The translations under genes were made by a program, and so were the position numbers. A stretch of 64,000 nucleotides of DNA from Antedon mediterranea (Eukaryota; Animalia; Echinodermata): NCBI RefSeq assembly GCF_964355755.1, contig NC_092677.1, forward strand, positions 17,134,101 to 17,198,100, read 5' to 3'. The notes beneath the pieces are model-generated. The model searched no databases, was not told the DNA's origin, and worked only from the letters and a program-made list of their open reading frames with translations. This document shows positions 1 to 10,829 of this stretch, piece after piece (position 1 is the stretch's first letter; every line of letters begins with the position of its first letter).

Positions 1-290
1 GCTAGTAATAAAGGTATTTATCATCACTTAATTGACTTTGGTGTAAAGTACACAACAGGAGGCAATTTCAGAAGAAAATATTACGACATTGGGGAGAAAA
101 GTTTTACTCAGTATAGATATATGTATCAAGACGTTTGCAAAGCACGCTCGTTGAGTTGTGCACTTGTGTTCATAATCAGTGTGCCATGTCCCACATAACT
201 GACTCAGCCTATATATTTCAAAACCCGGGCTTCCCTGACAAGATCGAAACAATACTGTCTGCAGATTGGATATATTATATATGCACCTAC

Positions 291-558
291 CAATGATTTG
301 GTGAAGGGACGTGCAAAGGCCCAGAGGATCCTCCATAACCACGAATTCTTCTGAATATTTGTATACATTAGGTTACCAGGATGTAAGCTATTACACGTCA
401 CTCCTTTGTCTTTGTACCTTCTATTATACTCATTGGCAAAAAGAATGTTACAGAGTTTAGCTCGTCCGTAAGCCAGGATTGGCCAATATTCCAGTCTGGA
501 CATACAAACACTCTTTAAGTCCAGTTCATTAGCATGCACAGAGCGCCAATCTATAAAT
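291..558 (-). CDS. WWOX: WWOX coding exon 7 (human exon 8; catalytic YxxxK); last exon lies outside the window
   Basis: FIDW...AYGRAKLCNILFANE...SLHPGNLMYT...ARPFTKSL; CAG acceptor, GTAGG donor; 268 nt, phase 0. Confidence 0.95.
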
Positions 559-1085
559 CTGTAAACACAAGAAAACAAGGGCAACCATAATGCAGAATGA
601 ATATAAATAAAACATGTATCTATCCTGATACTGATCGCGTTTCCGCTCAACCGCCCACCCGTCATAACAAATAACAGAGATTCTATATTTTGTTTCCGCT
701 TACCGTTACAGCTCGTCTGTAGATTGGCCTCTAAGGTTTTGCTGGTCCTGTAATAGCCAGTCAAGCAGCTAATGGTTAAGAAAGAGGCAGTCTAAACCAC
801 ATCCATATTGGCACAGGTTCATAATTTTAATGGTAGAACAGGTCCCTCTGGTTGGTTTGTAAGCAACGGCTATGGTAGTGATATGATGACATCGTGTCCA
901 TATATGGGAGGACATCAGATTTTTTGTAACATAAAGATTGGTATTGTAGACAGAGCTTTACACTGTAGTGCTTAGTAGTCTTCTCAAAGCTTTGATACGT
1001 CATTAGTACATTATGGTTTGGAATATAGAGGAATAGTATAATAAAATGTGATGTCAAAACATCTTCAAATACACTGTCAACTTAC

Positions 1086-1271
1086 CGATGTGACTCTGAA
1101 GAAACCATGATCACTCTGGACGGTGCAGAGGAGATTAAAAGATCTGTCAACAGCTTTACCAGATGGAAATGTCCAAGGTGACATACCTGGAATGTAGTCT
1201 CTATGCCATCCTCTGTTTCCACCCATGGGATCCCAAATACAGCTGCATTGCAAATAAGAATATGTAGTGGC
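1086..1271 (-). CDS. WWOX: WWOX coding exon 6 (human exon 7)
   Basis: [35 protein letters not shown]...[11 protein letters not shown]; 186 nt; TAG acceptor, GTAAG donor. Confidence 0.95.
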
Positions 1272-1386
1272 CTACACACGTCACAAACATAATAAATAAA
1301 ATAGATAATGCAACTATGTATAGAATACTACATCAATGTGTATAATAGTTAATACCTATTAACCTTTATTATACTGTAGAACCCTT

Positions 1387-2033
1387 GGGGACACCCCTAT
1401 TCAGGGGACACCCTTATTCAGGGGACACCCCTATTCAGGGGACACCCCTATTCAGGGGACACCCCTATTCAGGGGACACCCCTATTCAGGGGACACCCCT
1501 ATTCAGGGGACACTCCTATTCAGGGGACACTCCTATTCAGGGGACACCCCTATTCAGGGGACACCCCTATTCAGGGGACACCCCTATTCAGGGGACACTC
1601 CTATTCAGGGGAGCACCCCTATTCAGGGGACACCCCTATTCAGGGGATACCCCTATTCAGGGGACACCCCTATTCAGGGGACACTCCTATTCAGGGGACA
1701 CCCCTATTCAGGGGACACTCCTATTCAGGGGACACCCCTATTCAGGGGACACCCCTATTCAGGGGACACCCCTATTCAGGGGACACCCCTATTCAGGGGA
1801 CACCCCTATTCAGGGGACACTCCTATTCAGGGGACACTCCTATTCAGGGGACACCCCTATTCAGGGGACACCCCTGTTCAGGGGACACCCCTATTCAGGG
1901 GACACTCCTATTCAGGGGAGCACCCCTATTCAGGGGACACTCCTATTCAGGGGAGCACCCCTATTCAGGGGACACCCCTATTCAGGGGATACCCCTATTC
2001 AGGGGACACCCCTATTCAGGGAACACCCTATTA
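1387..2033. repeat. 17-bp GC-rich minisatellite (GGGGACACCCCTATTCA)n, about 38 copies, in a WWOX intron
   Basis: Directly visible tandem array with a few variant units (GGGGAGCA, GGGGATAC, ACTCCT). Confidence 0.97.
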
Positions 2034-2079
2034 AGAGGATACTGAAACAAACAAGGGAAAATATATGTTTTCATACTAC

Positions 2080-2250
2080 AATTTAGAAGTTGGAGGTAGA
2101 AGAGAAAGAGGACAGTCAAAGGTGGCACGGAAAGATATGGTAAGAAAGAAAGCAGGAAAGTTGTTTTGGAGGAACATGATGGCAAGAAAGGAAGAAGTGG
2201 AGAGATGATGTAGCATCCTAAAACGGATGACAGTCGGTAAGCTGACCCAA
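2080..2250 (+). mobile_element. Degenerate 3' fragment of an RTE-like LINE
   Basis: Translates LEVGGRRERGQSKVARKDMVRK and, in another frame, ERKKWRDDVAS*; resembles the RTE ORF C-terminus (GxRxRGRPxxxWxDxV...DRxxWR). Confidence 0.35.
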
Positions 2251-2446
2251 ATTTAAATAGATTTTTTAAAGGGTTAAATTTTAGGTAAATGTCTACATGT
2301 GATAGACATGATAACCAATGGTGCGTGGTCTCAAATTCAGCTATCTCTGCCTAAAGTAAAATGTATCATATTCTGGCTATATCTATCATCACTTAGGCTT
2401 TCTTGGTATAAAAAAGCTTATTTTCAAAATAATTGTGCTCTCTCAC

Positions 2447-2642
2447 CATTTCCTGCATTTATATCTTCTTGCAAACTCCCCCACACTACGAAGCGATGCA
2501 AGGTTACAATTGATGAAATCAACTTTGGCTTCAGGACGTTCCTTTTTAATCTTCATTATAGATTCCATTGCTGCGGCAATGTTTCTACATGCCATAGTCA
2601 CATTAGCACCATGGAAGGCCAATGACCTGGCTGTTTCAAAAC
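2447..2642 (-). CDS. WWOX: WWOX coding exon 5 (equivalent to human exons 5+6)
   Basis: Hand translation FETARSLAFHGANVTMACRNIAAAMESIMKIKKERPEAKVDFINCNLASLRSVGEFARRYKCRKW; CAG acceptor, GTGAG donor; 196 nt; not in the ORF track. Confidence 0.93.
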
Positions 2643-3276
2643 CTGAACAACAAAGATTATATAATTATATAAAAAAGCTACAAATGCAGTTGTTGTGATG
2701 TCATTTTACAAACAGTTATTAATATTTGTAAAGTTACATATTTTAAAAAAATATGATCTGACATTATGAACCTCTTTCTACCAATCACTAAAATGCATCT
2801 GTTTGATCCATTGTACCAGTATTAAAAACCAGACCCTTTTAGGGACCATGGATAAGACTTGTGTGGTGTTGAATTCATTCCAGGTTTGATGTTGTTTGTA
2901 CTTTGTACTATTGGCCATCAGTTTAAAAACGATCGGGCACAAATGGTCAACTTTAAGTGCTAGGTATCAATTTAGGAATGATGAAGTAATTTCTATTGGG
3001 ACAAATAACCAGAAAGTCTATTATTCATTCTGTCAAGTGTGTCACCTGCCAAAGTAAATGGCAAGTAATGGTAACCAGATACCTTCAAATAACATATTCA
3101 TAATATGCATACCATGGTTACTATTTACCAGTAACATAACAGCTATGAGCTGCCCAAGGTCCCAGATCAGAGCATGAGCAGCCCAATGCAACTACCCAGC
3201 ATTGGAGGCCCCCTTAGGAGTAGTTTTCCCCTGTGTTACCCCACTGCTAGTATAGGAACTAAAAACAGCTCCTTAC

Positions 3277-3455
3277 CAATTCCAGAATTAGCACCTGTAA
3301 TGATGACATATTTGCCTGTCAAATCTTTTGATTCAAGAACTTTCATTGCAGTACTATATGCATCAAAGCGTTGGTTAAACGTGCCTTTTTTTGGGTCGCT
3401 TTCTGTGGCAAACGCAAGACGAGGATCGGTATAGGTTGTTCTTTTGGAGATGTGG
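3277..3455 (-). CDS. WWOX: WWOX coding exon 4 (end of WW2, start of SDR domain)
   Basis: HISKRTTYTDPRLAFA...FDAYSTAMKVL...IITGANSGIG (TGxxxGxG cofactor motif); 179 nt as in human exon 4; GTAAG donor. Confidence 0.95.
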
Positions 3456-3839
3456 CTGAAAAAAGAAATCACAAGAAAATATTATGCATTATTAGATTTT
3501 AACAGAGTTCTGAACAGGATCTGACAGAAGAAAGTAGCTACGCCTTACTTTGAATAAAACATTAAAATTTAACAGTTGGACCAGATAAACACCACACAAC
3601 GCTACCAAAGTACCACACGCACCATGACTCTCACCTTTACACATGTGTTACTATTGCGTTGTGTGATATTTAGAATGACCAGTTGGGCCTATAATAGATA
3701 TTATAGAGACTAGGATGTGTAAAATCAAGGATGAGCTTATTTTATCCCTAAAGCAACAAATTACTCCATGTTATATCTCCACATGGGCTTTATATCGGTG
3801 TCGCTTAGAAATACTGGGGTGTAATAATATGTAGCTTAC

Positions 3840-3897
3840 TCAACATAAATTATTCTTCCTTCATCGTCAACTTTTTGAGTCCAGCCATATGGAAGCT
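3840..3897 (-). CDS. WWOX: WWOX coding exon 3 (WW2)
   Basis: KLPYGWTQKVDDEGRIIYVD; poly-T-CAG acceptor, GTAAG donor; 58 nt as in human exon 3. Confidence 0.92.
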
Positions 3898-4168
3898 CTG
3901 AAAAAAAATGTTTAACATTAATGTTTTCTCTTTCTTCTAAATTTTGTATTTATTTACACTTGAAGGGTGGTTTTTAAGCGGAGACTTTTAAATTCATTCT
4001 TATCATGCCAATACTTTATGCCAACGTTTTTTGAAGGTTAATGAGAATTGGTGCGCTGACCACTGTAGTTGTTCTCTGATTTAGTTGGACATTTTCCAAG
4101 GGTAGCACCCTGGTTTGTACGTATCTTTAAATAATTTTTCTTAACCTTTGTTTTTAAAAACAACATAC

Positions 4169-4233
4169 TTCCTGTAACTTGTTTTATTTTGCCAGTTCTT
4201 GGATGAGTCCATTGTGTCGACTGTTTTGTATGA
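4169..4233 (-). CDS. WWOX: WWOX coding exon 2 (end of WW1, basic linker)
   Basis: (N)HTKQSTQWTHPRTGKIKQVTG; TAG acceptor, GTATG donor; 65 nt, same length as human exon 2. Confidence 0.93.
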
Positions 4234-4625
4234 CTAGGTAGGAGAACAAAAGTTAACAACTACTTTAATTAATACATTTTTTATTATAAACTAATCATTT
4301 TGGATTCTTTATTTTTTCTATTTGCTTTAAGACTACCCTAGGCCTAATCTTTATTTTGGTGTGGGGCGAATCAGCTTTGTTTATTTTATACAATACTTTT
4401 TAATATTTATACTTTGATTAATATTTTGTAGAATATTCTAGTACACTAATTAATCACTTTACTAGTTTATATATAATTATTTTCTTATTTCAACCTTAAC
4501 CTAGTAAAATCATTAAAGGACGAAACGACCATTCGTGAGGTCTAACGTTCTGATAGGATATTTCTGAGTTCTGAACAGGATCTGATAGCTAGGCCTAGCC
4601 TACTAGGGCCTAGCCTAGGCCTTAC

Positions 4626-4726
4626 TTTGCATAATATACAAAACCATCTTTATCCGTGCGTTCTTCCCATCCAGCTGGTAATTCGTCATCACTATCACTG
4701 TCTATATAACTTCCTCCTGTAGCCAT
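4626..4726 (-). CDS. WWOX: WWOX coding exon 1 (start codon, first half of WW1)
   Basis: ATG at 4726; [33 protein letters not shown] resembles the WWOX N-terminus (DTDSEDELPPGWEERTT..YYAN); GTAAG donor at 4625-4621; 101 nt, phase 2. Confidence 0.93.
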
Positions 4727-4814
4727 TTTATAGGTTTAATTAACGCTAGTTTTTAGCGAATTTTTACAGGTATCATCCCACCACTGCACTATCATCATGT
4801 GTGAAATGTAAATA

Positions 4815-4890
4815 ATGAATGCCGCCCCCTCTCATTCTTAAGCATCTAAAACTTTTTCTTGAATCTTGAATTGAATATAGTCACGTGTGA
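4815..4890. promoter_or_regulatory. Candidate WWOX proximal promoter elements
   Basis: GC-box-like GCCGCCCCCT at ~4821 and E-box GTCACGTG at 4880-4887, 100-160 bp upstream of the ATG; motif match only. Confidence 0.3.
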
Positions 4891-5399
4891 TTTATGGTGG
4901 GAAAATGGTCATGGTTCTACTTTACCGGGTAGTAAGTTTAAACTCTCTGTTTCTAAATTAATTATTAACAGTTTATTAGTATAAATGAAGTCAATGAATT
5001 TATGATATGATTGAACATATAATACATCATAAATGATGTTAGACGTTAGTAATCTAGTAGGCTGGTGGTATGCATTAAGGAGTAGCCTAAGTTGATGCTA
5101 AGTAAGGCTAGACTACCAATACCATACCAAGAAGCCTACGCACCAGGCTGGCAATCTATCCTTTAGAATCTAGCCTTAGCTGACAGTGACAGCCGAAAAG
5201 CAAAGCCTACTAAAGACGTTTAGCCTACAGTAGCAGAATTTAAGAGTCTAGGCCTATTATTAAGAATATTAGTCCTGTACTAGTAGTAGGTCTGAATTAA
5301 AGCCAGTGTCGACATGGGATTCAAAACTAGATGGTGTTGAAGTTCTGAACGACAGGTAAGAAAATAGCTTAGTTTAGATCCCATGTTATTTTTGAAAAT

Positions 5400-6370
5400 C
5401 CGCCAAGGAGGTATATGTAGTCGATCGCGTGTGTCTGTTTGTTTGTTAGCCGGAATACTCAAAAAGTTATTCCAAGATCTTTACCAAAATGAAAATACAG
5501 ATAGATATGGTCAAGAACCACTCCATTAACCCTTTCACTGCGGAGCATTATTCCCACCTCTTTGCGTAATATATATTTAAGAAAAACATGATATTTTAAT
5601 AAATTGCAAAGAAATACTAAGTGAGATAATTGTGTAATTATTTTTGTGGTGGATGATGCGCAAAGGGTTAGTCTACAGTTAGGTATAAAAAAAAGTAATT
5701 TGCATATTGATGACGTCGAATCAATGTTAAAAACTATATTTTCTATAAGAAATTCTTATGGAATACGTTTTTCCAACTGGATATTGATGAAGATACGTAT
5801 AACAAATAAAAATATTTAAAAAAATTGAATTATTTTTGTTGTTTTATAAAAATTATGCACAAATCACAGTTTTGGGGCAAAAATAAATTCTAAATTTTAG
5901 GGTGAAAATAATGACAGGTTCCAAAAATTCACTATAGTACAAAAAATAACTATTGTTTCAGAATTTTTTTTTTTTGCGTGTTATGATAAACACGATGTTA
6001 CTTTAAAAAAGGCCGCCATTACGCTACTCATAACAACTTTCCAAGGTAGAAATACTATTATATATACTATACTATATATAATTAATTAATTAATTAACTA
6101 TAGAGGGCGCATTATTTTCGAGACAATAATACAACTATAGAGGGCCGTTTTTTTTGCTGGAAACAGATTTTAATGACTTGCAAAAATATTCAAGTTCATC
6201 GAAAAAATATAGAGGTTGCTATATATTATAGGCAAATATGATTAAATCATGGTATGACCGTGTATACGTATTTCAACGACGTCTGTTTATACCCGGTAGT
6301 ACCGGGTATACGCAGAGAAGGAGTTAAATTTTGGAGACAATCCGCTCCACAATCCAACTTCTGGACCACC
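5400..6370 (+). mobile_element. Non-autonomous Helentron/DINE-like fragment interrupted by a piggyBac-like MITE
   Basis: CCGCCAAGGAGGT start, (GTTT/GTCT) microsatellite, TACTCAAAAAGTTAT; sequence resumes after the TTAA insertion (AATTTTGGAG...). Confidence 0.4.
5530..6323 (+). mobile_element. piggyBac-like MITE, family A, copy 1
   Basis: TTAA|CCCTTTCACTGCG ... CGCAGAGAAGGAG|TTAA; body highly similar to 35902-36700. Confidence 0.85.
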
Positions 6371-8646
6371 ATATTATTATTTTCAGACCTGCTATTATTA
6401 AAAGATAGGACAGGATTTTTAAAAGCCGTTTAGTCGTTAACCTGTTTTGTGTTTTAGCTTTACATACTTCATTACATACCTCTCATTGTCAATCAATCGG
6501 CAATCTGACCTAATAAACTCTGGAAGTCTATATAATTACGTAATTATATATGCACCATAATCACAATTTAATTTGATTGATTGATTTATAGATTCAAATT
6601 GATTTGTTTCAGCTGACCCCTAATTTGCTTTGAAGAGATAAGAAATAAAGCTATGCTTCTAATTATCTGTATTTGTGTTTATTCAATTATTTTTCAGATA
6701 CCAATAAATGTCAAGTTTATGAATAGTGATAGAAATATGATGGGAAATCATAATCAAAAGTTAATTCACAAAATAATTTATTGTCGGATGGTTTCAGTGG
6801 AACCATAATCCAAGGGTTGAAAGCTCAACTTTTTAACTTCATTAAAACTGCAAAATGGCCTGAATTTTTCTTGTTTTGGAGAGGATAAGAAAAATGTTTG
6901 GAAAATAAGAATTGTGTGTCTACTGCCCTCTATGATTTTTATCGCATGCTTGGTAAATAAAAAAAGTTCTATAATAAGAGAAAGGACAGATTTATGTGGG
7001 ATCACAATGTAAGATGGAAAACTCATGGATCTCATCCAAAACCAGACTCACATCTTGTATTTTGTACATATTTTGCATAATAATAGAATTTTTTTTTAAA
7101 TGGGCTTTACTTAATATCTAATGTATGAAAGTAAAAAGGAGGGTTGTACTTAATGTGGTGCGCATTTCCCATTTGACAAATAAAATAAAGTTATGAACTA
7201 GTTTTTGACATTATTATTATGTTCCTGGCATCCACTCCTTATTGGGAAGGATATTTGATCTGAATGTTATTCATTGCTATATATAAGCTTTTGTTTTTGC
7301 TATAATGTATAAAAATAAGTGCTTTTTAATATAAGATTAGCTTTTTTGCATGTTAAATGGAGTGCTACCATACCTGACAGTTTTCTACATGACATAGCAA
7401 CTTCCTCCAGCAAACCATCCTGGCTACAGTAATTAATTAAATCCAAGTACTTTATATACTATCGCAACTTTATTTAATTTGACCTTAAATTGAGCCTACC
7501 TTAAAACGAATTACTTTCAGCATACATTACATGCCTACAGGGTCTTTTCTGCCATTGGACACAGTCAAGAAACGATGATGTTCACAAAATAGAACATTCA
7601 GTTTACATGTAACAAATTGTTACCTCTATTTGAATGTCAGAAATAATTTTAGCCATTTGAGTTTGTTTTATTTAATTATAAAATTTAAAATGGAATAGTT
7701 TTTTTATATTGGCAATATTTAAATTTATTTTTAGTGACTTTATTGGGAAAAACAACTTCCTACTTCTGTTTTTTTCCCCTACAACTAGCGTATTCCTATC
7801 TTAAAGATATTTCATGCACAGTTAGAATCCATATAAAGGGGACACGATGGATAAGTGTTCTCTTGAATAGTGGTGCCCTCTGAACAAGATTCACAATATT
7901 TACTGTAGTATAAAACATGATTGAAACAAAATATATCTTAGAGAAGACAGAGGGGTTAATCAGAGTGGAAGGAAGTATTAAGGACGTATTTTTCACAGTA
8001 AAAATCAACAATATTGTTAAATTTAGTTTAGTAGCTAAAAAATAATAATAAATAAAAAATGGTTATTGTAATTCTTTTAAATGTCAACCAATCCAAGTCT
8101 CTCCTTGTTTTTTTTTCTAAAGTGCAATTTCCAGGCACCTAGCGGTTTCATATTCCTAAATATTTCTCACCTCAGCCTCTACTATGGCAGCCTTTTTTTA
8201 TATTTATCAATTTTATCAAGAATACAATTTCTGCGGACATATTTCTAAAATGTTCTTACTTATATTAAGTGTAGTTTTATTTAACATTGGTCGCTATAAA
8301 AAATGTTTAATAAGAGTTCCTTGAGTATCAAGAGGTAGGTAATAATATTTAGGTCATCTGTCACCACCCAAGCAGATTTTTTTTAATATTAAATTTTATA
8401 GAGAATTATTATTACTACAGGTTGCCGCATCCCTGCTTCAACCACTTGATGCCAAATTATCTGAAATGTTCCTTTAGTCACACTGACTTTTCTCTGGTCA
8501 AATAAGTGGTGGTATAATGGTTTAAAAAATCAACAAGAAATATGATCCCATTAAAAAGATTCATTCGGTTAGTATTGCAAATAAAATATAATAGTTAATT
8601 ATATCTCAACTGTAATAGTAGTAGTAAACAAAAATTATTTTATTTA

Positions 8647-8686
8647 CCTGAGGTTTCGCCAACTATCAGTTGGCTTTCTCAAAGTG
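8647..8686 (-). ncRNA. Minimal type-I hammerhead ribozyme-like motif of the Penelope pseudo-LTR (probably degenerate)
   Basis: Minus strand CAC-T-TTGAGAA-A-GCCAACT-GAT-AGTTGGC-GAAAC-C-TC-AGG: core with U3-A8 variant, 7-bp stem II, GAAA, UC site; lies just downstream of the PLE ORF once the hAT insertion is removed. Confidence 0.55.
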
Positions 8687-8689
8687 TAG

Positions 8690-9939
8690 CAGTGGCGTAT
8701 CCAGTGGGGGGGGGGGCGGGGACCCGGACCCCCGCTGATTTCGTGTCCGTCTGCACATCATCGTGTCCGTCGGCAAATAAAGGTGATGGGGAAAAAAATA
8801 AACTACTGTATTATTCTGACAATAATTGAACTGTAAACATAATTCTTTTGAGTGTTTGTTTATTTACATATCATATCATTGATCGCTTCAGATCAACTAT
8901 TTTTAATTTTCATTACATCTAACAAAACACGTAAAAAATTTGGTCAAAATATCGTACTACCTAGCACGTACGTACGGCCATACGCGGTAGATTGTTTACT
9001 CAAATTTCTTTGACCTTACCCTATTCAACCTTGTTTTTGCAGTTGAGCCTCTCATGACCTGGGATTTGTATGTCGTCCTACGCTAAGATTATATAGTTCC
9101 ACATGCCATGTCCTTTTTTGTCTAATATTTATTATAAGTGCCAAAAACCCGTTTTTTTTTCTCGATATGAGGCTTTTATTATTAAAAATTTTTAAAGAAA
9201 AAGCACACATACCATAAAAAATATCCATGTATTTCATTTTTGGAACAGAATATTCCGTGAGGCTCAACACCAAAACCTCCATTTTGTGAAATGATGTCAT
9301 CGTAAGCCAATCAAAGCTGAGCTTCTCGCGATTGGCATTGCTCACGGTTGAATGATTTTGGATTCTGGCTGATTTGATTGGTGGATGCGAATCACCCGCA
9401 GCGGAATGTTTTCTCTCACGCGTGTACCAACTACACAAAGTTAGAGCAATGAATTTGCCCGAATTCCGTTAAGTAAACAACTTTATATATTTTATAAACA
9501 TTTAATAACATGTTTATTGATATTTCCAATGGTGATATATAAAATAAATTACTAAAAAACGTAATTATATGTAATTATTTTAACCAAAAATGGCGTAGTT
9601 AATAGAATTGTCGACTGAGGCCGTAAATTGTTTTACTTCTTTCGTGGCTAAAAACGATCATTTTCGGAGATGTTTTAGACCCTATATTTCGAAAACTACA
9701 AATCAGATTTTCCTAATTCTTTCTTTATTGTAATATGAATACAACATACTAACAGATAATGTTGGTTTGGTTTTAATTTTGCATCGTTATCCCATATAAG
9801 ACAATATGTCTATGCAATCCTAACATGTATTGATCAGGTGTAGGCCTATGTACAGATAATGACACCAATTTTGTCGTCAAATTGGCAATTCCCGGCACCC
9901 CCCCCCCCCCCCAACTTAAAAATCCTGGATACGCCACTG
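8690..9939. mobile_element. Non-autonomous hAT element (1.25 kb)
   Basis: TIR CAGTGGCGTATCCAG / CTGGATACGCCACTG; perfect 8-bp TSD AAGTGTAG (8682-8689, 9940-9947); poly-G and poly-C subterminal tracts. Confidence 0.9.
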
Positions 9940-9958
9940 AAGTGTAGTGACACGTATG

Positions 9959-10132
9959 TCACTGTTGACCTCTAGATGACGGGGTCAACACATTGGTACA
10001 CACTTGACTGAGTTTGTAACCGCCCTCATCTCTATTAAAATTGGGGGTCTTCCTGATCCAGATGGATTCATTAACCCAGCGTCTTAATCTGACCGATTCC
10101 TTGTCAACTACTTTCAAATTATCCCAATCATG
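9959..10132 (-). pseudogene. Penelope-like element, C-terminal GIY-YIG endonuclease fragment (5'-truncated)
   Basis: Hand translation HDWDNLKVVDKESVRLRRWVNESIWIRKTPNFNRDEGGYKLSQVCTNVLTPSSRGQQ*; fits the PLE motif DW..x.E...R..KE.I.I....NRD.G..LS. Confidence 0.8.
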
Positions 10133-10393
10133 GCGTTATTTGTCTGCGCAGCATGATTTGCGATTGTTTGCGTTGCGATCGTGTGTACGCTCAAATTTGT
10201 TAAAATACTTGAGCACAGTACACATTACAGTTTTTACTGCCTAAATCCAGAGGTCCCAGAGCTGGTGGCCCCAGAGCAGAAGCTTAGGCTAAACCAGGCC
10301 TTTTTCACGATGCGTTTATGCTTTTAATCCGATTGGGACAGGGCTGTTCTTTATGGTGATTCAACTGGTAGGGTTGTTAGGCCGCCCAGTGGC

Positions 10394-10570
10394 TGTGGTA
10401 GTATGCAATATCGATCTAGCGCCACCTAGCGGGGATCGAGAGAGGGTTTTAACATGGACGCGAGTCACGATAGTTGATATGTTGAATAAATGTTATTTGG
10501 ATTGTGTTTAACGGTAGTCCTATGTACGTCTGTTTGAGTACAGTGTAGCGACAACAAACAAAACATAATA
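10394..10570 (+). repeat. 5' LTR
   Basis: TGTGGTAGTA...ACATAATA, identical by eye to 12992-13168; contains AATAAA. Confidence 0.95.
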
Positions 10571-10584
10571 TGGTGTCAGAAGTG
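10571..10584 (+). other. Primer-binding site, tRNA-Leu type
   Basis: TGGTGTCAGAAGTG, complementary to the 3' end CACUUCUGACACCA of eukaryotic tRNA-Leu. Confidence 0.8.
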
Positions 10585-10829
10585 TGTCTGAATCGACTCA
10601 TCCAACGCTCAGAAAGGTCAGTAACGATCGATTTCCGAGATACCTACCCCAGCGGTAGCCTAGCCTAGCGAGAATAGCGAGAGCGGTTGAACGCTCACAC
10701 AACGACGCACGACAGCGGACGATTGTAAACAAGTTGCATAGCAACCACAACGCAGTAAACCGCACAGCCTAGCCTAGGAATTAAAGAGATTTGAACTCCG
10801 TAAGTTATTCAGTAATTATAAGAATAATT

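Noticed and set aside
559-764. N-terminal part of the 186-aa ORF 204..764
   Set aside because: Intronic read-through; WWOX similarity starts at the acceptor at 558 and ends at the donor at 291.
1387-2033. CRISPR-like array
   Set aside because: Head-to-tail repeats with no unique spacers, eukaryotic context, no cas genes.
1385-2086. 233-aa ORF with GTPLFRGHPYSGDTPIQ repeats
   Set aside because: By-product of a stop-free 17-bp minisatellite read through all three phases; antisense within a WWOX intron; no ATG start.
4585-5260. Frequent TAGGCCTA/(GCCTA)n palindromes near the WWOX 5' end
   Set aside because: The motif is scattered throughout the window and inside many TEs; no locus-specific structure.
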